Below are positions 27,428 to 37,275 of a stretch of DNA of 64,000 nucleotides, piece by piece. Below the pieces are notes generated by a model. It saw nothing but the letters and a program-made list of their open reading frames with translations, made no database searches and had not been told where the DNA came from. The first letter of the stretch is position 1, and every line of letters begins with the position of its first letter. A program made the position numbers and the translations under genes. Location of the stretch: contig JANRJQ010000007.1 of NCBI GenBank assembly GCA_033763895.1, positions 322,178-386,177 on the forward strand. The letters run 5' to 3'. This stretch comes from Chloroherpetonaceae bacterium (GTDB lineage Bacteria; Bacteroidota; Chlorobiia; Chlorobiales; Thermochlorobacteraceae).

Positions 27428-29056
27428 TCACTTATCAGCCTTAAGCAACGAAAGAATTCCTTGGAGCGGAATTCGTAGCCACTTCGGCCGATTATTTCGC
27501 TCGTAAGCCAATTCATACATAACCTTATCCAATAGATAGGCGTTCAAGAAAAATGAAATTTCAGATATTTCTTTGGGAAGGAGTTTTTTGCCTTTGACAT
27601 GCCCCAAATAAGATTTTAGGAATGCACGAGCAAGAACAAAAAACCAAGCCTCAGCAAATGGCTCCGATTTTTCTTTAGCTTTTTCGTTAAGGGTTGGATG
27701 CTGATATATTCCGGCGTAAGCAGCATAATGCAAAGAGCGTATCATTCCGGCTAAATCTTTACAAACCGAATATCGCTCTCGGCGTTCCTCAATAGGGCGT
27801 GCAGGCTCACCTTCAAAATCAATAATAGTAAAATCTTCTCCTGTAAAAAGTACCTGCCCAAGATGATAGTCGCCGTGAACCCTTTGTTTTACAAGCTTTA
27901 GTGGCCTTTTTGAAGTAAGTTTCAATCCGTTGGATAGTTCTTTTTTTGCTTTTAGAACTTGCTCGGCAAGCGTTGCTTCATTCGGTTCCAAAGCCGGAAG
28001 TTGAGTCTTGAGACCCTTCAATTCAAGTTCTAATAAATTTTTCGTTTTGGTTAACACGGCGTGGATGTCGCTTTCCTTCATCTTTTGAGGAATCAAATCT
28101 TTTTCTTTTGCCGCAGAAAGCGCTAAGTGCATTTGAGCGGTGCGTTTCCCTAAAAGACCAACCATCGACAAGGTTTCTTTGCCAATAACTTGAAGCAGTG
28201 GCTTTTCCGGCGACCAATCTGAAAATAAATCCTTAGGCGGTATTTCCGACTGAAGCTTTTTGGAATGAACGGAGGAATAATAGTCCGATGCTTTGCTCTT
28301 AAATAAATGCCAAGCATCCGATTGATTGGGGCTAAAGCCAAGCGCAAGAGCAACAACGGTTGGCCTTTTCGACTGATTGGTCAGAAGGATTTCACCCGCG
28401 AACTTCGCAGAGTGTTTGAAACCGGCTTCGTCTGTCAAGTATTCTGAAAGCTCGGCATCAGGATTTTTCCCCTCAACTTGCTTTCGGTAAAACTTAACAA
28501 AAAGTGACTTTCGCGCCCCCTTTTTCCCAAAGTACAGAGATGTATTGCTTTGTTCTAAACCTAATACTCCCGACTGCTTGCTGAATCGATTTGATGGCGC
28601 AATCGACTTAAATTTCCTTCCTTGAATCCCTTTTAGTGTAACTGAAGCTTTTGAATTTGGTTGAATGGAATCCAATTGAACTTCTTTCGAATTTGCAATA
28701 AGCTTAAAAAGAAATCGCCGAAACCTTGGCTCTTGAAAAGCATCTTGAAGCACGAGCATTTCTAACCCATAGGCAAAGGTGGTTATGATCCCTTCGATCT
28801 CGCCGGCATCGTTCTTCTCACTTAAACTTTGTTTAGGAACCAAATTCAAAAAAAGTTGGTATCGAGCACTTGTACGATCTTTGAAACGAAACGATAAAAC
28901 TGCAAGTACCGTGTTGGTCTCTTGAGCCAAAAAACAAGATTCTATTTCAAATTTTAAGAGCGATTTCGATTTCTCTCCATACCACCGCGATTTCTGTACA
29001 TAAGTCAGAATCGCTCCCTTTACTTCAGGCTTTCCGATAATATCAACCCATCGCAT
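27428..29056 (-). CDS. mak: Maltokinase (Pep2/Mak-like aminoglycoside-phosphotransferase fold)
   Basis: 542 aa. HGDYHLGQVLFTGEDFTIIDFEGEPARPIEERR...DLAGMIRSLHYAA. Its start lies immediately after the glgE stop. Confidence 0.75.
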   Translation of the reverse strand: MRWVDIIGKPEVKGAILTYVQKSRWYGEKSKSLLKFEIESCFLAQETNTVLAVLSFRFKDRTSARYQLFLNLVPKQSLSEKNDAGEIEGIITTFAYGLEMLVLQDAFQEPRFRRFLFKLIANSKEVQLDSIQPNSKASVTLKGIQGRKFKSIAPSNRFSKQSGVLGLEQSNTSLYFGKKGARKSLFVKFYRKQVEGKNPDAELSEYLTDEAGFKHSAKFAGEILLTNQSKRPTVVALALGFSPNQSDAWHLFKSKASDYYSSVHSKKLQSEIPPKDLFSDWSPEKPLLQVIGKETLSMVGLLGKRTAQMHLALSAAKEKDLIPQKMKESDIHAVLTKTKNLLELELKGLKTQLPALEPNEATLAEQVLKAKKELSNGLKLTSKRPLKLVKQRVHGDYHLGQVLFTGEDFTIIDFEGEPARPIEERRERYSVCKDLAGMIRSLHYAAYAGIYQHPTLNEKAKEKSEPFAEAWFFVLARAFLKSYLGHVKGKKLLPKEISEISFFLNAYLLDKVMYELAYERNNRPKWLRIPLQGILSLLKADK

Positions 29057-29057
29057 C

Positions 29058-31169
29058 TTACTTCAGCTTTAAAATATGAGCTGATGCATGTTGGGGATTT
29101 AACTCAACATAATTCCATTCGCCATTCCATTGATAAACTCTATCGGTTAAGAGATCTTTTACAGTGTAAGAACTGCCTAGCCCCAATTCTGTATTTGGAA
29201 CAAACACCCAACCCGATTGAGAATGATGCGGATCAAGATTCACAACACACAACAAAACATTTTTCTGCTCTTCATCATACTTGAGATAAGCAAGAAGTTC
29301 TTGATTTTCGATAGAGTAGCCCTGATTGACAGAGAGAAATCGGATGAAGTTTGTTTTTTGAAGTGACGGATTTTCTTTTCGAATTTTATTCACTTTTGAA
29401 ATAAACTCTCGAATATTTCCTTCTGCATTCCACTCCCACTGTTTCAATTCATACTTTTCAGAATCGAGATACTCCTCTTTTCCTTTGATCAACGGTGTAT
29501 TGATACAGAGCTCGTATGCAGGGCCGTAAATACCAATGTTTGAGGAAAGTGTTGCTGCAAGCGCATATCGCGAAACAAATGCAGCTCTTGGTGCATTGTG
29601 TAAATATTCCTCCGAGAGAATATCAGGTGTATTAGGCCAGAAGTTTGGTCTAAAATATTCCTTTACTTCTGTTGTTGTTAATTCGGTTAAATATTCCGTT
29701 AGCCCTTGCTTATTATTTCTCCAAGTGAAATAAGTGTAAGAATGTGTAAAGCCGCCTTTCGCAAGCCTGTACATCAGTTTAGGACGAGTAAAGGCCTCTG
29801 CGAGAAAAATCGTTTCAGGATGTTTTTCTTTGATGCTTCCTATACACCAATCCCAAAAGCCAAGCGTTTTCGTATGCGGGTTATCGACCCTAAAGATGGT
29901 CACGCCTCGCTCAATCCAGTAATAAAAAATACTTCGAAGTTCTTCCCAAAGTGCTTCCCAATCCTCTGTTTCAAAGTTAAAAGGCAAAACATCTTCATAT
30001 TTCTTTGGCGGGTTTTCAGCGTGTTGAACTGTGCCATCAGGCCGCCACTTAAACCAACTTGGATGCTCTTTGACATAAGGGTGATCTGGCGAGCATTGAA
30101 ACGCAATATCGAGCGCAATATCAATTTTATGAAGTCGCGCTTTTTGAACAAAAGTTTCAAACTCTTTGACAGTCCCCAATTCTGGATGGATCGATTTATG
30201 CCCACCTTCCTTAGAGCCAATGGCCCAAGGGCTTCCGGGCTCACCGGGCTTTGAAACCACATTGTTGTTTTTCCCTTTTCGTTTGGTTATCCCAATCGGA
30301 TGAATAGGCGGAAGGTAGATGACATCAAAACCCATTCGCTCAATTTCAGGCAGTAGCTTTTCACAGTCTTTAAATGTTCCGTGCTTACCATTTTCACCAT
30401 AAGAACGTGGGAAAAATTCATACCAAGTGCTGAAAGACGCCTTCATTGGGTCAACCGTGACTCTCAGAGTTTTATATCGAGAAGCATAATTTTTATCGGG
30501 GTAGCGAAGCATCGTTTGGTTCAATTCTTCGCTTAAAGCAACAGATGCCGCCTTTGAAACAGTTTGATCAGAAATTGTTAAGAGCGACTCTTGCAGGAAA
30601 TTCATATCCTCTTTTCGCCCCGCTTTTTTACAGGCTTCAAACGCGGTTTCAATCAATTGCTTTCCTACTTGCAATTCAAGTTCAATATCCACGCCTGCGG
30701 CATATTTTTTTTCAAACCCTGCACGCCACGTGGCAAAATGATCGACCCACGCTTCAACGGTGTATTCATAAGTACCGATCTCACTCACCAAGAATTCTCC
30801 ACACCATCGGTCATTCAGCATCGGTTCTAAAGGCACGGATTCCCACTCTCTTTGCTTATGTCGAAAAAGCAAATTCGCGAGAACTTTGTCATGCCCATCC
30901 GAAAAAATATCCACTTCAACTTTTACTTTTTCATTTGGAACCCGTTTAATGGGAAATAAACCGCCGTCAAGCTCAGGTGTCATCCGCTCAATAATCGGCC
31001 TTGCTCGACCATCATCTGGTTTAGATAAACTGAAATTACTAAACGATTCAATCCGCTTAGGAGATCCACTTACCTTTTGAGTCACCGTGGATTTCTTTGT
31101 TGGTGTGAGTTTCGAAGGTGATTTCGAGGATGATTTTACGTCTGTTTTTTTTGTGCCTTTAGTTGGCAT
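29058..31169 (-). CDS. glgE: Alpha-1,4-glucan:maltose-1-phosphate maltosyltransferase GlgE
   Basis: 703 aa. GH13 blocks GFDVIYLPPIHP, IFRVDNPHTK and FLAEAFT. About 45 aa of K/S/T-rich N-terminal tail. Confidence 0.85.
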   Translation of the reverse strand: MPTKGTKKTDVKSSSKSPSKLTPTKKSTVTQKVSGSPKRIESFSNFSLSKPDDGRARPIIERMTPELDGGLFPIKRVPNEKVKVEVDIFSDGHDKVLANLLFRHKQREWESVPLEPMLNDRWCGEFLVSEIGTYEYTVEAWVDHFATWRAGFEKKYAAGVDIELELQVGKQLIETAFEACKKAGRKEDMNFLQESLLTISDQTVSKAASVALSEELNQTMLRYPDKNYASRYKTLRVTVDPMKASFSTWYEFFPRSYGENGKHGTFKDCEKLLPEIERMGFDVIYLPPIHPIGITKRKGKNNNVVSKPGEPGSPWAIGSKEGGHKSIHPELGTVKEFETFVQKARLHKIDIALDIAFQCSPDHPYVKEHPSWFKWRPDGTVQHAENPPKKYEDVLPFNFETEDWEALWEELRSIFYYWIERGVTIFRVDNPHTKTLGFWDWCIGSIKEKHPETIFLAEAFTRPKLMYRLAKGGFTHSYTYFTWRNNKQGLTEYLTELTTTEVKEYFRPNFWPNTPDILSEEYLHNAPRAAFVSRYALAATLSSNIGIYGPAYELCINTPLIKGKEEYLDSEKYELKQWEWNAEGNIREFISKVNKIRKENPSLQKTNFIRFLSVNQGYSIENQELLAYLKYDEEQKNVLLCVVNLDPHHSQSGWVFVPNTELGLGSSYTVKDLLTDRVYQWNGEWNYVELNPQHASAHILKLK

Positions 31170-31244
31170 ATCGGTTGCAAGTTAGTTGGTTAAATGACGG
31201 GTACGAATATGAATGTTTTAAGAGAAAATGAAAAATCAAACGCA

Positions 31245-32252
31245 TTATTTTTTCAATGCGCAAATACAACAGACATCGACAATATCTGAAGGTTTAGCCC
31301 CGCGGGAGAGATCGTTCATTGGCTTTGCAAGTCCTTGAATAATTGGCCCAATTGCAGTAGCGCCTCCAAGGCGTTCGGTTAATTTGTAACCAATATTTCC
31401 CGCATCAAGATTTGGGAAGATAAAAACGTTGGCTTTACCGGCTACTTTTGAGCCGGGAGCTTTTCGCTCACCAATACTTTGAATAAACGCCGCATCAAAT
31501 TGCAATTCACCATCGATGAGTAAATCCGGTTTTTTTGATTTTACAATTTCAAGCGCTGCGAGCACTTTGTCAACGGCTTCATGTTTCGCACTTCCTTTCG
31601 TTGAAAATGAAAGCATTCCTACAATAGGTATTTCACCCGTAAGGGTGAGATGCGATTGAGCCGTTGTCACGGCAATATCGGCAAGTTCTTCGGGAGAAGG
31701 ATACGGAACAACCCCGCAATCAGCAAAAGAAAATACTTTTCCCGGTGCCGACCAATGATTTTCGGGGAAAGCCATTAAAAAGAAACTTGATACCAATTTG
31801 GTAAGGCTTTTATCGACGCCGATAATTTGAATGCCTGCTCGAAGCACATCAGCCGTTGAGGAAACCGCACCGGCCACACATCCATCTGCTTCTCCTCGCC
31901 TGACCATCATTGCGCCATAAAACAGCGGATTTTTCATTGTTTCTTTGGCGCTCTCATAAGTCACTCCTTTAGCTTTGCGAAGTGTAAAATATTCACCGGC
32001 GAATTCTGAAAATTTCTCCGATTTCTCAAAATCGATAATCCTGATTTTGGTTGGATTAAACGGTTCATTGATACTTTGAAAGCCAGCTAAAATTTTTTCG
32101 GGATTTCCAAGCAAAATCGGCTTCACGAGTTCTTCCTTTGCGAGTTCTGCCGCCGCAAGAAGCGTGCGCTCATCGGCAGATTCAGGTAAAACAATCCCTG
32201 CTTTTTTTTCTCGTGCCTTTTTTCGAATCGAGGATAAAATTGGATGTACCAT
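31245..32252 (-). CDS. pta: Phosphate acetyltransferase
   Basis: 335 aa. PTA_PTB-type blocks VSSTADVLRAGIQIIG and GPIIQGLAKPMNDLSRGA. Confidence 0.9.
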   Translation of the reverse strand: MVHPILSSIRKKAREKKAGIVLPESADERTLLAAAELAKEELVKPILLGNPEKILAGFQSINEPFNPTKIRIIDFEKSEKFSEFAGEYFTLRKAKGVTYESAKETMKNPLFYGAMMVRRGEADGCVAGAVSSTADVLRAGIQIIGVDKSLTKLVSSFFLMAFPENHWSAPGKVFSFADCGVVPYPSPEELADIAVTTAQSHLTLTGEIPIVGMLSFSTKGSAKHEAVDKVLAALEIVKSKKPDLLIDGELQFDAAFIQSIGERKAPGSKVAGKANVFIFPNLDAGNIGYKLTERLGGATAIGPIIQGLAKPMNDLSRGAKPSDIVDVCCICALKK

Positions 32253-32377
32253 ACTTGGAAAGCGTTTTGAATTTCACATGCAAATAAATATACATAATCA
32301 TTCAGAAGTGGCTTTTCTTGCATCACACACAAACTCAAGAGTAAAGTGTATTAGAAGTGATAAAAGCCTAAAACAAC

Positions 32378-32400
32378 AAAGGGCACTTGAAGTGCCCTTT
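32378..32400 (-). terminator. Intrinsic terminator after folE
   Basis: AAAGGGCAC-ttgaa-GTGCCCTTT, followed on the minus strand by a T-rich tract. It lies about 30 nt beyond the folE stop. Confidence 0.6.
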
Positions 32401-32429
32401 AGTATCAAATATCAAAATCTATCTTTTAA

Positions 32430-33206
32430 TCACACGCGATTGGCCGATTGCACGATTCTCATAAATTCAGAGCGTGTAGCTGAATTCTGAATAAATACAC
32501 CGCCAAGCTTACTTGTTACAGTATCGGAGTTTACATCTTCTACCCCGCGCGATTTCACACAGTAGTGTTTTGCAGTAATTAATATGGCAATGTCTTCTGT
32601 TTCCAAAATGTAAGAAAGCGCATAGTAGATTTGCTCTGTTAGACGTTCTTGAATTTGAGGTCGCTTTGCAAAAAACTCCACGATTCGGTTAATCTTCGAG
32701 AGTCCCAATACTTTTTTCTTAGGTATATAAGCCACTTGGGCCAAGCCATCGATAATTACAAAATGATGCTCGCAATTGCTTTGTACATTGATATTTCGCT
32801 CAATTACCATTGAGCTATAGCCCATTTTATTTTCTACCGTTGTGCACTTCGGGAAATTTTTCCAATCAAGCCCATAAAAAATTTCATCGACATACATTTG
32901 TGCAACCCGCCGTGGTGTGTCGGTAAGGCTATCATCAGATAAATCAAGACCCAAAACCCGCATAATTTCAGTAAAGTTTTTTGCGATGATGGTCCGCTTT
33001 TCTTCATCAGTGAGGCCTGTTTCTAATTGAGGGGTCGCAACATTGCGACTTCTCAAAAAATCGGCAACTTGCTCACCGAGAACAGGATCTGATTTTTGAC
33101 TTTTTCGTACAGGGGTTTCAAATTCAGGGTCTTGAGTCGAAAACCCATTGATGACCATTAATTCTTCACGCTTTGAATTTTCTTCTTGAAAACCGGTTCT
33201 AATCAT
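32430..33206 (-). CDS. folE: GTP cyclohydrolase I (FolE) with an N-terminal extension
   Basis: CEHHFV zinc motif and RPQIQERLTEQI. The track start at 33269 would overlap queD by 56 nt. The internal MIRTGF start at 33206 removes the overlap. Confidence 0.85.
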   Translation of the reverse strand: MIRTGFQEENSKREELMVINGFSTQDPEFETPVRKSQKSDPVLGEQVADFLRSRNVATPQLETGLTDEEKRTIIAKNFTEIMRVLGLDLSDDSLTDTPRRVAQMYVDEIFYGLDWKNFPKCTTVENKMGYSSMVIERNINVQSNCEHHFVIIDGLAQVAYIPKKKVLGLSKINRIVEFFAKRPQIQERLTEQIYYALSYILETEDIAILITAKHYCVKSRGVEDVNSDTVTSKLGGVFIQNSATRSEFMRIVQSANRV

Positions 33207-33213
33207 TTTTGAG

Positions 33214-33726
33214 TTACTCTCCTCGGTAAACGACGAAATTTCGTTCTGATTCAAATACTTTGACTTCATATAAGTCGATTCCTTTCATATTAAGTTGTTT
33301 TAGCTTGCGTTCAATAACTTCCCAAAACACAACAGCAATAACCTCGGCCGTCGGCACGGTATCACGGAACATTTCCACATCAAAGTTGAGGTGTTTGTGA
33401 TCGACTTTTGATAGGATTTCTTCTTCTAAAATTTTCTTTAAAATTTTTAAATCAAAAAGATAACCGGTTTCTTTATCCACAACTCCAGAAAGGGTTACTT
33501 CTAAGTCGTAGTTGTGGCCGTGCCCATAAAAATTATTGCAGATGTCATAAACATCACAATTTTGCTCATCGGTGAATGTTGGATTAAAAAGGCGGTGGGC
33601 AGCATTGAAATGAACTTTGCGGGTGACATAAACTTTACGGGGTTTTTCAAGTACCCGATTGATTACTTTTTCCGTAACGGTTTCTCTACTTGGTTCCCAA
33701 ACCTTTACTTCATTGGGTTCGATCAT
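33214..33726 (-). CDS. queD: 6-carboxy-/6-pyruvoyl-tetrahydropterin synthase family protein (QueD/PTPS)
   Basis: 170 aa. FNAAHRL, CNNFYGHGHNY and DHKHLN motifs. Lies upstream of folE in the same operon. QueD versus PTPS cannot be separated by eye. Confidence 0.75.
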   Translation of the reverse strand: MIEPNEVKVWEPSRETVTEKVINRVLEKPRKVYVTRKVHFNAAHRLFNPTFTDEQNCDVYDICNNFYGHGHNYDLEVTLSGVVDKETGYLFDLKILKKILEEEILSKVDHKHLNFDVEMFRDTVPTAEVIAVVFWEVIERKLKQLNMKGIDLYEVKVFESERNFVVYRGE

Positions 33727-33882
33727 AAAAAAGAAATTGATTTAAAAGCCTTGTTTAGTTATAATCGGTTCTCATACTTAAAAGTTCAGACGGAGTTTTT
33801 TCTGATTTTGGTTGAAACTTACGAGAGTTTTTTCTGAGCATTTTCTTAGTACAATAAAACAAACGCTTTGAAGTTACAAAGG

Positions 33883-34407
33883 TTACGGGAAGAGTTGAAT
33901 ATTTTGAGTTGGAGGCTGTGGATTATAATCCTCATCCGGTTCGTTAAAAAGATATTTCGGATTGAGTCCTTTACATGAGGTGAGATAAAGCGTGCAGTTT
34001 CGACAAGAAAGGGAAAGCCAAGTAGGATGTCCGTAATAATCTTTCCACTTCGATACCGCCACTCCATTTTGATATTCTATCCCAAAACAATGCTCAAGGC
34101 AAGAGGCTTGAAATACTCCGTTGGCGCAAGCGTGCGTTTCGCTTCGTTGGCAAACAAAATCCTTACAAATTTTTACTTCAGGATTTTCGTGTTTGATTGG
34201 CTTGGGATACCCGCGCATTTCAACTTTAATCACATGCCAAATTCGTTTAAGAAAAACGACCGAATTTCGAAAGTGCCATAATGGGTTATACCAACTTACA
34301 CCGGCTATTTCCAACAACAGCAACGCCTGCGCTGCCTGCCTTGCTCGCCGATGATTAGCAGCAACTCCGACGAGCCATTGCAATAATTGAATTCGCCTCT
34401 TTTTCAT
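33883..34407 (-). CDS. Hypothetical Cys-rich protein
   Basis: 174 aa with eleven Cys in the C-terminal two-thirds (ICKDFVCQRSETHACANG...SCLEHC...SCRNCTLYLTSC). No family recognised and the start is uncertain. Confidence 0.4.
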   Translation of the reverse strand: MKKRRIQLLQWLVGVAANHRRARQAAQALLLLEIAGVSWYNPLWHFRNSVVFLKRIWHVIKVEMRGYPKPIKHENPEVKICKDFVCQRSETHACANGVFQASCLEHCFGIEYQNGVAVSKWKDYYGHPTWLSLSCRNCTLYLTSCKGLNPKYLFNEPDEDYNPQPPTQNIQLFP

Positions 34408-34521
34408 TAAGCAGTATGGATTTTTTAATTTCCAGTTCCCTAAACTTTATTTTTTTAATCTTCGTTTAATAGCCGAATATTCAGACTTCAAGAGTACATT
34501 CAAAATCGAATTCAATTTTAT

Positions 34522-35790
34522 ATGCCGGAGTTAACCCTTCTTAGAATTTTTCTGTTTGTTCTTCTTGTTCTTTCAATCGTTTTTTATCTCAAACGAGGGT
34601 TTAAAAAAATTCTAACTCATTTTTTTCCTCACTCAAATAACAATGATCTTCTCTCACTTGCTATCCCAATAGTTATATTTTCGTTTCCAATTCTATCTTA
34701 TCTCCTTCGTCTTATTAAACCACTTCGCGAAACCAACTTCATCTATAATCTTCTTTACTTTTCAAGTGTTTTAGGAATCTTTACAGGAATATTAGTGGCT
34801 GCCTTTGTCTTTTGGGATTTGTTAAGAATTCTAAAGCGTGTTTTCCTTTTCTTAATTCACTTGTTTAGACAATCTTCACCTGCGGCTGAAATCGCCAATC
34901 AACAATTATCGATTCAGCCCACCTTTGAAACCAATGAAACGGATGCCTTCTCCAAATCTCGTCGTGATTTTCTCTTGAAGTCGGTACCAGCAAGCGCAAG
35001 CCTATTCTTTCCTTCCGTTATTACAGGCTACAGTCTTTTCAATAACCGAACCAATTACAATATCAATCGAATGACCCTCCATTTTCCGAATCTTCCGGCG
35101 GAGCTTCGTGGGTTAAAGATTGCACAAGTCAGCGATATTCACTCGGGCGTTTATATGCCTCAGCATAAAATGGAAGAAATCACTGAAACTGTTAATTCGC
35201 TTTCGCCGGATTTGGTGACGCTCACCGGCGATTTCATTGCAGGGGAATATTCAGAAATTCAGCCGTTTGTAAATGGGTTCAAAAACTTAAAATCAACTTA
35301 CGGAACATTCTCCTGCCCGGGTAATCATGATGAATGGCTCGATATCAAAGCGATTACCGCTGCAATGAATCAAAAAAATCTAAACCTTTTACAAAACGAA
35401 TTTCAAACGCTTGTTATCGACGGCGCACCGCTTCATGTCATTGGTATGGATTTCGATTCCCCTCGAATCAAAAATTTTGATGAAGCCACTCAAAAACTCC
35501 CAAGTGAAGGGTTTCAACTTTTGCTTTGCCATCATCCCGATTTCTTTGAAACAGCCAAAAAACGAAACATTGATTTAATGCTTGCCGGCCATACTCACGG
35601 CGGTCAATTGGCTCTTGATTTCCCCGGTTTAGAAATCTACCCGATTGATTTGTTCTACAAATATCCTCGTGGCCTTTATGAAGAAATTCATCATAAATCG
35701 CAAAAGCTTTATGTGAATTTAGGCATTGGAATTACAGGAACTCCTCTCCGAACCGTGCAGGCCGAAGTCGCTTTGATTACACTTGCCTAA
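34522..35790 (+). CDS. Membrane-anchored metallophosphoesterase
   Basis: 422 aa. N-terminal TM helices, then the calcineurin-like motifs DIHSG, GDFIAG, GNHDEW and GHTHGGQ. Confidence 0.85.
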   Translation: MPELTLLRIFLFVLLVLSIVFYLKRGFKKILTHFFPHSNNNDLLSLAIPIVIFSFPILSYLLRLIKPLRETNFIYNLLYFSSVLGIFTGILVAAFVFWDLLRILKRVFLFLIHLFRQSSPAAEIANQQLSIQPTFETNETDAFSKSRRDFLLKSVPASASLFFPSVITGYSLFNNRTNYNINRMTLHFPNLPAELRGLKIAQVSDIHSGVYMPQHKMEEITETVNSLSPDLVTLTGDFIAGEYSEIQPFVNGFKNLKSTYGTFSCPGNHDEWLDIKAITAAMNQKNLNLLQNEFQTLVIDGAPLHVIGMDFDSPRIKNFDEATQKLPSEGFQLLLCHHPDFFETAKKRNIDLMLAGHTHGGQLALDFPGLEIYPIDLFYKYPRGLYEEIHHKSQKLYVNLGIGITGTPLRTVQAEVALITLA

Positions 35791-35806
35791 TTCAGTTCGA
35801 TTTTGA

Positions 35807-36700
35807 ATGAAAGTCTTTTATTCGGATAAATACACCATCCCGCTTCCGCCAGACCATCGATTTCCAATGGTGAAGTATAAATTGGTCAAAGAAGGCTTAC
35901 TTAATGAAGGTATTCTATCGATTGATGAAATTTTTGAACCCCACTTAGCCACACAAAATGAGTTACTCCTAGCACACACGGCATCGTATGTAAATGATGT
36001 TTTTTTAGGAACCCTAAACGCCAACGCAATTCGCAAAATTGGGTTTCCTTGGAGTGAAGGCCTTGTTCAACGCTCTCAAGCGACCGTTGGCGGTGCAATT
36101 GATGCCGCCTATGAAGCACTTCAAAATGGCATTTCCGGAAACTTAGCCGGTGGCACTCACCACGCTTTTGCCGATTCCGGTGAAGGCTACTGTGTTTTCA
36201 ATGATTTGGCCGTCGTGTGTCAATTGCTTCTTTCAACAAACGAAGTTCAACGAATCGCAATTATCGATCTTGATGTTCATCAAGGCAATGGCAACGCGGC
36301 CATTTTGGGTCAAAACCCGCAAGTGTTTATTTTCAGTATGCACGGCGAAAAAAATTATCCCTTTCGAAAAGTCGCATCAACGCTTGATATTGGGCTTCCC
36401 GACGGCACAAGTGATGAAGGTTTTCTCTTTGAATTAAAAAAATACTTACCAAGCGTTTTTTCATTTAACCCCGAGCTTGTGCTTTATCAAGCCGGCGTTG
36501 ACCCTCTATTTAGTGATGCTTTAGGCAGGCTTTCATTAAGTCATGAAGGGCTTGTAGAGCGAGATAGGCTTGTACTAGCAGAGTGCCGAAAGCGAAGTAT
36601 CCCGATTTCACTTGCCTTGGGAGGTGGTTACGCAAAGCCGATTGAAGATACCGTCAAAGCGCATTTGGGAACTTACCGGGTGGCAAAAGAACTATTCTAA
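35807..36700 (+). CDS. Histone deacetylase / acetoin-utilisation (AcuC-like) family deacetylase
   Basis: 297 aa. GGTHHAFADSGEGYCVFND and IIDLDVHQGNG motifs. Confidence 0.85.
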   Translation: MKVFYSDKYTIPLPPDHRFPMVKYKLVKEGLLNEGILSIDEIFEPHLATQNELLLAHTASYVNDVFLGTLNANAIRKIGFPWSEGLVQRSQATVGGAIDAAYEALQNGISGNLAGGTHHAFADSGEGYCVFNDLAVVCQLLLSTNEVQRIAIIDLDVHQGNGNAAILGQNPQVFIFSMHGEKNYPFRKVASTLDIGLPDGTSDEGFLFELKKYLPSVFSFNPELVLYQAGVDPLFSDALGRLSLSHEGLVERDRLVLAECRKRSIPISLALGGGYAKPIEDTVKAHLGTYRVAKELF

Positions 36701-36705
36701 TAAGA

Positions 36706-36906
36706 TCACGGGCTCTTTTTCTTTTCGGCAATTTCTTGATAAATGTTAATCAACTCATTGTAAATCCCAATGGCCAAAATTGTTGGAGCCCAAAGCCCAA
36801 TAAAGATGGCGATGCTTTCATGATTTTGACTCTGACCGAAAAAAAATAAATAAATCGATAGAACAATAGAAAGGCCTGCAGCAAGAAAGTAAAAGATTGG
36901 TTTCAT
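36706..36906 (-). CDS. Small membrane protein (hypothetical)
   Basis: 66 aa with two hydrophobic helices. Supported only by ORF shape and its fit in the intergenic gap. Confidence 0.35.
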   Translation of the reverse strand: MKPIFYFLAAGLSIVLSIYLFFFGQSQNHESIAIFIGLWAPTILAIGIYNELINIYQEIAEKKKSP

Positions 36907-37275
36907 TTTAGAGTTAAGATTCTCATGACAGGAAGGTCATGTGTGTTGTTAATACGTTGTTGATTTGCTTGAGCAAAAACCAATGCCTCTCAAATCCCAG
37001 ACATTCACTCGTTGTAATCTATAATTCATTTTTCTGACTCCCGAAAAATGAAGCACTAAATTCCAAAACTCTAAATTAGGAAAGCGCGCGACTTATTTGG
37101 AATACAAATGGCTATTTTTTCGATTAATTTAGATTCATTCAAAGCTTCCTCTGAACGGCCAAATCAGCTTTTTTCAATAGGTAATTAAGCCCAATAGGTT
37201 TATATTTTTTTGATGAACTTTCTCCGATTGAACTCGGAAAACCCATCCGTAAGGAATTACGAAAGGAGCTTGATT

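Noticed and set aside
33207-33269. 56-nt overlap between the queD 3' end and the folE start in the track ORF
   Set aside because: It is more simply explained by the folE start at the internal ATG at 33206. It is not treated as a programmed overlap.
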